A DNA stretch of 60,193 bases, the filler included, from Sphacelaria rigidula (lineage: Eukaryota): NCBI GenBank assembly GCA_964200075.2. It is 3 parts of 3 records of this genome, joined end to end, with 100 filler letters (N's around TTAATTAATTAA, not from the genome) between each part and the next. Parts side by side here need not be neighbours in the genome. Positions count along the whole stretch, not along the records: positions 1 to 20,011 come from CAXNAA020000580.1; 2 more parts are not named here. The stretch is one strand, 5' to 3'. Made by a program: the position numbers and the translations under genes. The first letter of the stretch is position 1. The number at the start of each line of letters is the position of its first letter. Positions 1-12,000 of the stretch are shown in pieces. The notes below the pieces were generated by a model that was not told the DNA's origin, made no database searches, and worked only from the letters and a program-made list of their open reading frames with translations.

Positions 1-1929
1 CCCCCGACTGGTGGCCTCCCGGGGAAATGGGCCTTGTGCTCTTGCAATCACAAACAAGGGGTCCCCCCCCCCCCCCCCCGCTTCGAGAGTTTAGGTGAAA
101 CTGCGGGTAAGAGTTCAGAGCCAAGCTTTAAAGGGCATTAATGTCTCCCAGGCTCCAGGTTTCGCTCAAGTCACGCCATCGTATTTCCAACCCCTACCCA
201 CACGTTTTCTGCTCTTCCAGAAAAATTGGAGACATTGGCCGAAAGACCACCATGGAAGCACTATGAACGCCGGTGCAACTATTAATAGCACTACGACGGT
301 AGATGCAGGTGTTTAGTGCATGTGCAACTAGTTCGGCCAATTGATCTCTTACTTCACTCCCTTGTGTGCCTGGTCCGGCGAAAACCCGGCGTGCTCCGTC
401 CCGGCGTTGTAGGGATGCGAGGTCAATGGTCTCATGACTACGGCATGCAACACCATAAATACACCACCCCCCGTAAGGGTTACTTTTCAAATTAATGCTG
501 TCTGTACGACGTACTCTGAAGAACTGCTCCGATAGCAAAATTCGCGGCATGTATGTCCATGTTTGACTTGTCAAGCTCATGGAACCAGTGTATACATGGA
601 AAACACAACCTAGATCCGTTGTCATGCACGGGCGAAAGGTGTCTTCGACTGTATCCTTCACAACTGTGCTGCCGAGTTCATATCAGACGCGCTTTCCCGC
701 CCGCAAACGCTCTTCTCCGGTCAACAAGCCCAACTCATCATCTTCAATTATCTACATCTTTTTCGTCATCACTATGAAACGCACTTGGACGAGGGCATGT
801 CTTCGTCTGGTTCTTGAACCTTTGACCTCGACCTCTCACCTAGATTGCCCAACGTTGCTGATGGTCAATTTCGCTTAGGAAGTAATGTTTTTCGAGTGAC
901 ACGGCACAGGTTTTCTCACGAATACGGGAGTGTTGACCATTTGTGTTGGAATTGGAGCGGGCGACCCTCTGGGCGGCTTTGTGCCATGCACGTCTTCGCT
1001 GAACCATTTTCGTGGGGGTACATGCTTTCATGCTCGGCAAAGTGGCGCACGTTGGCAGTCACGACGGCCGCGATATACGTGAAAAAAATAAGAAGTCATT
1101 TTTCCTGCTTCCGCATTCGTGGTGGTTTCGGGACAGTGCTGGTTCACCTCGGGCATGTGTCGATCTTGGGTGAATGTCATCACGTCGTCTCAATAATACT
1201 ATTTTCACCATTTATACTCTGCGGGTGCTACATACCATGCAAACCGTTTTTTGTTTGTGCTTTGTACATCAGCGGCTGAATGTAACGGTATATGAAACAG
1301 TCAGCGTGTCATCTACGTTCACCGCCCACACTCCTCGACTACACGCTGTTCCCATTCATGCTCAAGTGTTTCAAAACAGTATACAGTATAGTGCACACCT
1401 ATCTTGACAGCTCGAAAGGGGCCACGCACGTGGCAATCTTGCGCACTACGCAAAAAGCACCCCGTTTTCTGTGTGCTTCAATGGCTGAGGCGTCATTTCC
1501 CCCACGATCGAACCCACCTTGGAAGCCAAGCGGGCTACGACGGAACATAATGATCATTTCGACCAATCAGGCACATCACAACGGTCAGGCGGATTCTGAC
1601 TCGAAGGGGATTTGATCATCCCCTATTGAAACAAGATTGTCCTCCACAGCGACCAGTTCGAGGACAGATCACGCGCCTGTCAGAGAAAGGTTAATGTCTT
1701 CACGTGGGGGCATGCCACCGAGGAATATCCGGTCGATTTTGATCGAAGAAAACTACAGTGACCACCCCTCACACCTGTCACTCTCAGACCGTCGTGTGTA
1801 ACTGCCACGCTAAGTCTGGCACTGTGAGGAGGAGCCGTTACCCCCTGCGCGAACAGGTCCGCAGTGGTCTTGGGCAGAAGACACTTTTCTCTTTGGCAAC
1901 CTGTGCGGCCGGGTCTTGCTTGACATGGC

Positions 1930-2260
1930 GCATAAAACTCCAGGGCATCTGCATCCAACATATGGAGAACCTCAAATGGTGGTTATTTCCTATCTTCGTG
2001 CCCCCTTCGGCAGACAGGGGGCCGACGTAAATAACAAGGATAGCAAGATCTATCCCTGCCTCCGCGCGGATTTCATACCGTTACCATCCAGAATGGTCAT
2101 TAGAAAGTGTTCTCAAACTCGGTCTGGCCGGACGATAACTCTTTCGGAGGGTCTTCGCTTGGATTATGGCGAGAAATGGTGCGGCAAATAAAAACACGTT
2201 GGAGCAGAACTGAGCACCCGGAGCGAAAGAGGTTGCACAACATTTATTTCTTAGATGAGG
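1930..2260 (+). pseudogene. Degenerate ankyrin-repeat relic
   Basis: Ankyrin-like fragments lie in different frames: GADVNNKD (~2018-2041), IQNGH*KV (~2086-2109) and GAELSTRSERGCTTF (~2201-2245). They are interrupted by stops and frameshifts. Confidence 0.3.
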
Positions 2261-4938
2261 AGAGACATCGAACAGTAGAGAGCTTGAGGGTGAAAGAGTC
2301 CCCAAAGCTCAACAACAGTCTGGCTGTGTACGTCACCATTCATTGCTGAATCACATTCCTCAACTCTCGGAGTTTTTCTGGATCTTCGCCGCAGGACGGA
2401 CTTCAAAGGGACACGGAGGCTGAAGTCTCCGACTTTTGAAGGGACGCGAACTCGAATCGAGCATTCTGGGCCTCATTCCGACGGAACATGAAGCTGAGTC
2501 CTCCACTCTCGCTGCCCTCCGGCGACGCTTCAAGCGAGGTCCCTTCCCCAGCCAGGAGGGGCCACTTTTGCTCACGCTAAAGCCCTCACGGCTCGTGCTT
2601 ACGACACTCACCTGGGGCCCGAGACAGCCATCAATATTTTGAATTTTACGCATGTAGGAGCATAATATCGGCAGATTGAGTGCGGCGATGTACCGATATA
2701 TCACCGAGTATCCTCGTATAATACCGGTGAATCCTACCGATGCACAAGCGTAGGAAAAGCGTGTTGCGGTGCCCCAAAGTGAATGAAACAAGTGGCAGTG
2801 CTGATTTCCGAGGGGTGCTCACGTTCCGAACACGGAGATGAACAACGGACGCGAGGGGGAAAAAGTTGCTCAAATTTCCATAAAAAATAAAAATAAAAGG
2901 GAAGGGACGACGTGCTAATCGGGGGGAACGATGAACCTGTTTCTCATTTTTCACCGCAAGGGTGTGTGATCCGTTGGACCGATATCATTTTCCACTCGAA
3001 AAATGAATGTGATACCCAGATCACCCACCCTAGCGGTCACAGGATAAAGAACACGATAAGTTTATTGGCCCTCAAAAGCGAGGAATTTGGATAATTTGGA
3101 TAATCGAATGTATTTGGAAACTGAACACTTCACATTATTTTTCGCGCATGCTTTGGGTTAACCCATCGGGCGCCGGGCCTCGTTTCGGTTCACTACTTTG
3201 TCTGACAGTCCGGCGCGACTTAATATAAGACCATCTACTGTACTATTAATGTTGATTAAAAAGGATTTGAACAAGGTGCGACATTTAGTACAGTAGTACA
3301 GACAGGTGATTATTTCAACTCGTGTTTGGACAACACTTTGACCCCTCCCCCCCCTCAATGGTCTGATGACTACGGCATGCATGATCATGAGTATACACCC
3401 CCTCAATTCTGTGCAGACCTAAACACGGGATGCAGCAGTACAACCGTGCAGAAACTCTCCAGCACACATCACACCGTGTTCGTCGTAGGGTGTTCAATTG
3501 CACACCAGGACAGCGACGTCTACAGCATAGAAATGATGGGTATGGGGAGCGCCTTGTTCGTTCGACGGAAGACGAAACAGCCAACAACACTCGATGAAGT
3601 TTTCAGCAGTGTGTAGACAGCACCCAGTCCTAGCGAAGGCCAAACGGTCTTCGCAAAGGTCTGAATACACCACGGCTCAGTGACAGCTACAGCACACGAG
3701 AGAGAGCATGAGGGTGTTCGTGCTGCAGCACAGTGATACAGGACATGTCCCATGCGATAGTTATTCCCATGATTTCAGACGAGTCTTCAATTTTTGCAGA
3801 GTGCCGATTTTTAAACGCTCGGCCATAATCGCGCTTTGCACGAAATTCGTCAAGTTCATTTTGAGTTACCCGTATTCGTACCGTACGTTCGTATCTGTGG
3901 GAGGTGAGCCTGAAAATACGAAAATACAGAGGTATTATGGAAGGTGCGCGCATCCTTGGTGACAACAATACTGTAGTAGCCATCCGTACCTCACAATCAC
4001 GCGATGGGAGGCGATAGTTGGGAAAAAATCAACCAGAAACTCGGCATATGGTGCAACGGTTAGTGGTTGTACATTACCTGCTTCTGTACTGGTGGATATC
4101 TGCGTATCTGCATCTGACATCAAATCTACTGGTAACGGTCATCAGTCGTGTGTACGCGTATACTTCGAGTATACCGTTGTTTTGAGAAGTAGAATGCATT
4201 ACAGTTGAAGTATGTAAGCAATTGTGAATTGTCGAACTGGCAAGAACTGACATGCGCATCCCCTACAGCAACACCGGTGTTCTACATGTACAGTGCAAAG
4301 GTCACGTCAGTAATGTACCCGGCGTAGCAGAACCTGCAAGAAGTAGACGCACGGTCAACAAATAAGCGTGCGTGAAAAGTGTGCTTCACACGGATACCTA
4401 CATATCCATACACAATCAAGAGACGAGCTCCGCATCTGGACTGCAAGACAGTTCGACTGACCTCTGTGACCTTGAACAACGTGGAGAAATAATATCGCGA
4501 ACGCCATTGATCCAGTGATTTTGAGCCGAAATTTGTCCGAAGGATGGGCCGCGAAATATTCAACTTCAGAAATCCAATGGAGGCACAGATCAAATGATCA
4601 CACATCAGGTGAATAGATAGCGCGCATCCCGCTTCGATAATTGCCATTGAGAAAGAGAACCTTGCGTACCCTCGACACTCGGAACTCAACACCTCTTGTA
4701 CAAACAGCAGTATGGTATGTACTGTACTCCGGTGTGTTCAAGTTGTTGAGGCTGCTCACGAAAGTTGAAAGTCGAAAGTTACGAGCAACATCACGCCGCT
4801 GCTGAAACTGAGACACAGAAGACAGGCAGGGAATAGATGATTCAGATGATTCGCTATCCAGACAATTGTTCTTCAAGCTGAAAATGGCAACAATTCACAG
4901 ACGACAACACTTGCAACATGCCGTGAACAAAAGAGTAC

Positions 4939-5057
4939 CTGCCGAGTGTCTTCCTGGTGAACTGGTGCAGCTCCTCCCTCTTGGAGCCTCCCTGGTGCCC
5001 CTTGACGGGCTTGAACGTCTTCTTCGAGGACACTCCGAACGAAAACCTCGAAAACAT
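4939..5057 (-). CDS. MOB1: MOB1/phocein-family kinase activator, first coding exon (rest of gene not found in window)
   Basis: ATG at 5057 reads MFSRFSFGVSSKKTFKPVKGHQGGSKREELHQFTRKTLG, matching the MOB1 N-terminus (SSKTFKPKK...L...TLGSG). It ends at an AG|GTAC donor in phase 2, which would give TLG-S. Confidence 0.65.
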
Positions 5058-6149
5058 AGTGTGTCGTGAATCGTCCCTATTCTCCAAGTCAGAAGATTTG
5101 AGAGTAGAGCTGCTTTGTATCGAGCGGATGCGACACAGCACTCGAGGGAAGACAGAACAGATCTCCTTTGATTCTCAAGGAAGTCGTTGATTGTACAGTA
5201 CCTGGTTCCCGAGCCGTATCAAAATACTACTGCGGACCAAGCGACCAATTGGACTAGACAACTCGGACGGCTCGACCCGTTTGCCGGAACGTGAATAATG
5301 AGGCATTTTGTATATGTACCACTGATGTACCCGTTGATCGAGACTTCAGGGTACCCCCCACATTCTTGACCCGAAAGCGGAGAGTTGTAGAAAAAAGAAA
5401 AAAAGTGAAAGCGGACGCTGGACGATGCGGGTGCGGTTGCAAGATTAATTAATGGACTCAACACCAGTGAACGCTTGCTGTTACATCAGTTGCGCATGGT
5501 CTTACTTCCTCACCCATCGAAAACGCTCCGCTCGACGTTGTGCAGGATTCTTCGAGGATCATCGCTACAGCTTCATTACTGTATTGAAAATTTACGAAAT
5601 CATATCTTGTCGTGGTCTCATAATGGTCTGTGAAGCGTTTGTCGCGAGCGTTGGTACAGCAACGTTCGTCAACGGGTTATCAAGGAACATGATTGGGGGG
5701 GATGAGAAATAGATGAACTTACACGAGAATGCTTGGAGAACGCTCTTTATATCCTAATATTGGGCGACCCGCGGTTCGACGGGAAGTACGCCAGACCGAT
5801 GTACCACCGTGGGATATGTATATTTTGAAATGCCTTTAGAGGCACGATACCCGATACGCAAGGGTGATAAAAATACACACTTCAATCAGTCACTAATCAT
5901 TCGAGATGTTCGTCTATGTGGCCAGAGCCGGCGCTACAAAATTGGAGGCGGACGGAGGGGAGGCGGCGGCGGCGGGGGGGTGTTGTGTGAAATGCGTACA
6001 ATGGGCAGTAGACGGGACTTTGGAGCGTGATGTTGGCTGTATTGGGGCTCACACACACAGAGTGCGATGAAGAAGACGTGAATTACATGGGAGAAGTACA
6101 TAATACAATCACTCAATGATCTCATGGAGTGGATTGCAGTATATTTATA

Positions 6150-6540
6150 CATATACTATCGCGTCGTCGTTTCTGCTCCATCATTCTGAACGCTTTCCGC
6201 ATTTGCCTTGTTTCGGACCCCAAAAGCTCAAATACTTGGGGCATAGTTGGCTTTATCCGTTCTCTGCACAAACATGCACCGAACATTACAAATTCACCCA
6301 AGATTTTGAAGAAAGTCTTTGCATGAGGCCATGATGATGGCCAATGAACATGCGCCAGGTTGCCGCGGTCCATCACTGCATTTATATATGTAGCTGTGTT
6401 ATTCATCCCGTGGTTTCCATGCTCTTCGCACGCCATGGGGCAGATAATCGCGATATATGACGTCATACCGAATAATTGGAGCTTCGATCCCCATACACTG
6501 CTGTACAACTGGTCTCTCCCGATGTACCGCCGGCGCTTCG
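6150..6540 (-). pseudogene. Possible degenerate protein-kinase C-lobe relic
   Basis: The ORF contains RYIGRDQLYSSVWGSK..FGMTSYIAII and ..CRERIKPTMPQVFELL, loosely like kinase subdomains VIII-IX and XI. No HRD or DFG motif was found. Confidence 0.2.
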
Positions 6541-8142
6541 ACGCCGGGAACCGTTTCAAGGCTCCAGAGTTACACGCTCACGGATAAGAAGACGGCATAC
6601 TAAAGTGCCCGTAGTGTGTTGTGTGGCAAAAGGAAATTACTTTTGGCCTCATGATTTCGAAATAATTTCATATCTGTCAGTATCTGTAGGCTTGCCCTTG
6701 TGTGACTTGTGATGAGATATCCTTTTCGCCGGAAGCAGATCCGTTGTTCTGTCTGTAGTGTGAAGACTCCGCAACGAGACCACTGTCGCTTTGATACATG
6801 TACACCAGATTCTTACAGATAATCTGAACGGGATATCGCTGTTGCAGGGTTTTTCCGCAATTATCATTTTCGATTATTTCACTTTCACATGTTACCTTTC
6901 GGGAGACTGCTCTCCTATAAGGTAGCTCATACCCGTGACCCGCCGACCCGCCCGTCTTGTGCGGCTTTCCTCTCACATCGTACGATGCAATTTCCTCCGG
7001 CGTACGTTGTAGTTAGCATGCTACCGTGACTACAGGCTGTGAGTTGTTATAACATGAAAAGTATCCAGCGGCACACTCAATATAGATGACGAAGTTCCGG
7101 CTCGTACGCATGTGATCGGCATTAGCTGCACAGGTTGGATGCTGTAGAAGTAGTGAAAACGAAATATTGTTCGCATCCACGTATTCTTACGAATCATCGA
7201 ATCATCCTTGTTTAGAGGGATCGCGTTGGATATTGAATCCTGGTCACAATACCACAGGAGTACATCACCAGATACAAGTAAATATATCTGAATCAATCTT
7301 GGATATGTCACCGGCAGCGAGCAGTAGGGGTCTCCATTCAAGCAAAGCAGCCAACCTCCTTGCCTGTGTGGGACCACCGTTGGAAAGTTCGATAGGGCTA
7401 ACCGGGGTAGGGACGGACGGTGGGGGCTCTCAAACGACAATATTTTTTCGTGGCTCTGAAACGCGAAAAACTCAAAACTTGAAAGCGGGCCGACATTTCC
7501 CAGATACTGCAGGGGTCTCACTGAAGTGACGGAGTTTTTTTTTTTTTTGGCTTTTTAGCACTGATTTTCAGTAGAAATCGCAAAATCCCAAAATGGTCGC
7601 GCACACCCCTTGTCACAACGCCACTTGCCATAACCTGCAACAGCATATCTTGCACCAGGCTATCCCGACTTGCGACACAGGATCAATTGATAAATCAGCT
7701 TGGTGAAAGGGATTACAGCTCAAGCACGCACTCAGCATCAGCAATCAACGCTGCCGCTGAGTTTATTTCGGCCAGACCCAACGCTCTAAGCGTTGAAGAG
7801 GAACGTGACCAATCGACTCCCTCGTGTTCCATCACGGAGCATCTCCTCCAGGCTTCCGTCCTTTCGTGGGCATATAGAAAAGTACAACTCGACCAAGCCG
7901 TGGTCGTTGAGTCTCACGAGCAGCTGCACCCGCCTCGGCATCTACTACGCCGCCCACGCATATAATCAACAGCGCTTTGCCGAGTATTTTTCGGCCTCGC
8001 CCTACGGAAAGGTACACTTTCAGGGGTTGAACTCATCTTTTGAGACGGGCGGGTGATATTTCCTTGGCTGATCTTCCTGCACCAGACGCTTCCGACAACT
8101 TGGTCAAGACTGACCAGGAGGAAATAACGAGACCAACGAATT

Positions 8143-8523
8143 ATGTCGACTCTGTTTGCCATGAGTCAAGTAGCCTTGTTCGGCCGGGGGCTCAGCAGGA
8201 ACAGCAGCAGTAACAACAACAACAATCCGACGCCAGCCCCGGCGACAACGGCAGGAATAGCCAACACGTCCTCTACCGGAAACACGGACAGCAGCACATC
8301 CACAGGGAGGCCCCCGTCAACGTCTCCCTCGACGGTAACGGCCGCGCCGCCACCTGTTGAGTGGGCGATGCCCCAGCCCAGCGCGTCAGCTGGACAACCA
8401 GCCCGGTGGCGAATTAACTCGGCAGACCTGGAAGATATGATGAAAAGGGCGGCTGTAGGTCTCGGCTTCGATCGTAGTAATCATGGTGCTAAGGCTGATC
8501 AACAACGGCAAAAGCAACAACGA

Positions 8524-8558
<35 letters not shown>

Positions 8559-9003
8559 CAGTGGTCCTTTCTCTGGAGGGCAAGACCTCGTTGACAAGGT
8601 CGCCCTCATAGAGCCGCTCAGCGGTTTGCTTGCCCCTGCCAGTAATGGTACGGGGTCCAGCCCATTGTACGCAAAACATCAAAGTCTGGGAGGTGAGTAC
8701 GCCCTGGATGCTACTGCCCCCAGTAGTCCTTGCACACCTAGCGTGCCCGTCAACCACAATAGTGGCCTTTCCGTGGTGTCTCCCACGTCTAGCCGCAGCG
8801 AGGAGGCGGCCTTCCAGCATCAGCTGTCCCCGCAGTCAGTCCGGCACACTGTGCTCACACCTGTGATGCCGTCTCGAGTGTCGACTCAACAACAGCAACC
8901 TTCACAGAGCGGGCGATTCGGGCTCAAGCTACTCGTTTCGAACAGCATGGCTGGAACTCTCATCGGCAAGGGCGGTACTCGTATTTGTGAGATCAAGGAT
9001 GAG
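8143..9003 (+). CDS. Nova-like KH gene exon 1 (low-complexity N-terminus and start of KH1)
   Basis: The long ORF ends ...IGKGGTRICEIKDE followed by donor GAG|GTGAGC. The start codon choice is uncertain (ATG 8143 or 8161). Confidence 0.8.
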
Positions 9004-12000
9004 GTGAGCAAATTGTTTCTAGAGTGACTGCTTAATTAGTTGTGGGGCAGTCATGTGCCCGGTGTTGATGGTTTAACCTGGTATCCTTCCCGTCCCCTGA
9101 TCTTTCACCTTCTTGGGGTCATCGAGACATGTTTTCTCAGGAGTTTCTTCGTATTGCGGATGTACAAACGAAATACCCCCCACCGGCTAGATCAGCGGAT
9201 GATTGACGTGAAATTTGCTTTACATTTCGTCGAGTTATTTTCGACGAAAGCTGAAATGCTGCTTGTCCAGTTTTTGCAGCATTCGGGTTGCACACTGGAT
9301 GTCTCCAGGCACGGGATGTTGGTGATGTTCCCGTACCCACTTAATACCCGCTGAAATCAGTGTAATGGCGCTGTAAAACATGTAACATGTCTCGACCCAA
9401 GTTCAAATAATTCATACCCCACGAGAAAAGTAAACCAGTGAGTTCAGATGCATAAAAAACAAGAGCCATTTTTGTTACGCCATTGGTGCTCCTGTCCACT
9501 ACCTGAACATCCGCCTCTGTGATCATTCGCGCCCTTGATAACAGTAGCAATGCGATAATTGATCATCTCACGGGGACTGCTGCGTCTTGGGCGCGGTTTG
9601 GGCGCAGTAAGGGGCAAGGGAGGCAGGGAGACAGGGAGACGAGCCGACGCTTGAAATTTTGCCGGACGGTCGTGTTCATACCACATCAACGAACAACTTT
9701 TCCTGTGTACAATCTCTGTTTTCATCAGGCCCTCTTGGTAATCGTCTCCAATCTCGAAAGATCACCTTTTCTCGACATTTTCAGCAGCAACATTTTCTGA
9801 GCCTGTACACAATCTACTCGCTCATCATACGCCTACTCGATTTACCCCCTCGGTGTCCACCTTGCTCCTGCACCACAGTGCCTCGCCGATATCAAGGTTA
9901 CGCCCAACGGTCGTTTTTACCCTGGCACACACGAGCGAGTGGTGTTGGTTGTGGGCGAGCCCTCGGCAGTGCAACTGGCATGCGATAGGATTGTGACCAC
10001 AATCTATACCGCTGCTGACACCAGTCTTGATATTACCCAGAGGGTCCTGATCCCCGATGCCGCGAGCGGTCTCATTATTGGGCATGACGGGGGCCGACTG
10101 GGCGACCTGCGGCAGGAAGCAGGGGTGGCCTCCATACAGGTACGAATAGTCAATCACGGGATTTGGTGGTTGCTGTGGCTTGAGGGGATTCTTGGTCGCA
10201 GTTGAATAAACCCCCTTTTATGATTTGTTGAGCGGGATGTACGCCCTTTCGAGCACAGCTGTCAACATCTCCACCCTATCGAAGACCTTGCCCTGAGGGT
10301 CTGCTAGTATGTAGTGTGTGTACGTCTCTCGTGTACGTGTGTGTTCCGAGTATTGATTCCAACGATTTCTCTAATCTTGGGACATGGTGTCGGTTCACAG
10401 TCGGGCTGGTGTGACTCTTGCCTACCGTTGCCAGTCCGTGGTGTGCAGGAGGTACTCTCACATCACCTCTGATGCTTGTCCACGGTGTTCCGACCGAGTA
10501 GTAGGGCCATGTGTCCGTAATCACTATGAGTTCACGAAGATGGAGGGACATTTGTTGTGTGATTTTTTCTTTCGACAAGTCTAAGTGAAGATTGCAGTGC
10601 GAAGCTGTTACCGAAAACGGCACGCTTTTATTGCCCGCTAGTTTTGAATTGGCTGACATTTCAACCTCCTGGGGTCTTGTGATTGGTACCTGGTTGGGAC
10701 CGGTCGACGCTAGAGTCACTCTAAGTCTCTGAAGCATCCTCATCATTTTCTTGCTATAGCCCGAAAACGAATCGCCTTGCTCCTGTGTCACCTACTGTAC
10801 TGTCGGGTGTTGGCACGCGTGCGCATCGACGATATTGTACCGTGGTAAATGGTTGCGCTGTACACCGCGTGCGTATGGGCTTCACGTGGTGTCCGTTGGA
10901 TTATTTTTTATTTTGTCTCGTAATGATGAACGCCCTGCAGTCATGGAATGATTTTTACGGTTGTGTGAAGATGAACTCGTTCAAACTCCGTCAACCCTTC
11001 GACCGCGAGGGTAGTCCATGTGGTTCATGCATCACTTTCTCCAGTTGAAAGTGCAGCGGGTGCAACATATGAACTAATCCTTTTTGAGAGTTGAACTGAT
11101 CAATTGGATGAGGATACAGCAATTCTCCTCCAGCACGCATGCCTGTGATGCTCCACCTTGTGTGGTGACTTGTCACGGCCACAAAAGTACCTACACAGTA
11201 GTAGTGCCGTAGTAGTCTAGCCGATGTCACGAAATTCCCGACCGTCAGTTGATGATGCCTGCACGTATTGCTATTGGTTTGATGCTCATTGCCGCTCATT
11301 GAGCAAAACTTGCTATGGGTCCTGTAGTGATGAACTAAAATTTCGTGCTGGACGACGAGTGCCCACTATGTTCGGATCACGACTATCGTTCACGACACAC
11401 TACCAAGCAGAAAGCCTCGAAAACGCCACGTATGACACGGTTGTCGCTGTGGTATCCTCGTTTAGGCTTGAGTGCTAGTGCAGCCCATGCAATGTATTCC
11501 CGACGAACAGTTGAACCACATGATGACTAGACTTCCCATGAACATGGGACAGTCCATATTCTGTTGTTTTAGGAGCTGGGCCAGTCGGCAGTTATTTTGG
11601 AATGAATGGCGATGCAATTGGTATTTCGAGTAGGTTGACGCTGAAATTTTGATTGATATTTTCATCAACCCGCAGCTCATATTGAGGGTGCGTAGGAAGG
11701 GAAAAAAAAGGAGTTTGAGCGAGTCGAAGTTTCAGCACAAAAAGGAAAAGTTGAAAATCGGAGCGTAGCGGGATGTGCGGTTTGTGAAACGGGTCCGAAT
11801 GTGAACAATCGAGGTTGATATGAAGGCATTTGTAGACCATTTGGGCAGTCACAGAGGTGGAGATTGGAGTTCAGGACAACGAGGGAAGACGGGCGGCAGT
11901 CTAGTTTGAACTCTGTGAAAAATTGATGGATACGGCTGCACCCCGGATTATGACGTGGGCACTAGCGTCCGGGAGATGACGCTGAAGTTTCGGCCGAAAA

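Noticed and set aside
423..3381. Shared ~27-bp block TCAATGGTCT.ATGACTACGGCATGCA at ~423 and ~3355
   Set aside because: Real but short dispersed-repeat fragments; no regular spacing or defined element ends, and not CRISPR-like.
3935..4123. VDFF motif as candidate MOB1 exon 2
   Set aside because: Context (APYAEFLVDFFPTI) lacks NEW.AVNT and the downstream N.I...YG; chance match.
6612..7626. Possible TIR pair AGTGTGTTGTGTGGCAAAAGG / CCTTGTCACAACGCCACT
   Set aside because: Match too weak and no TSD.
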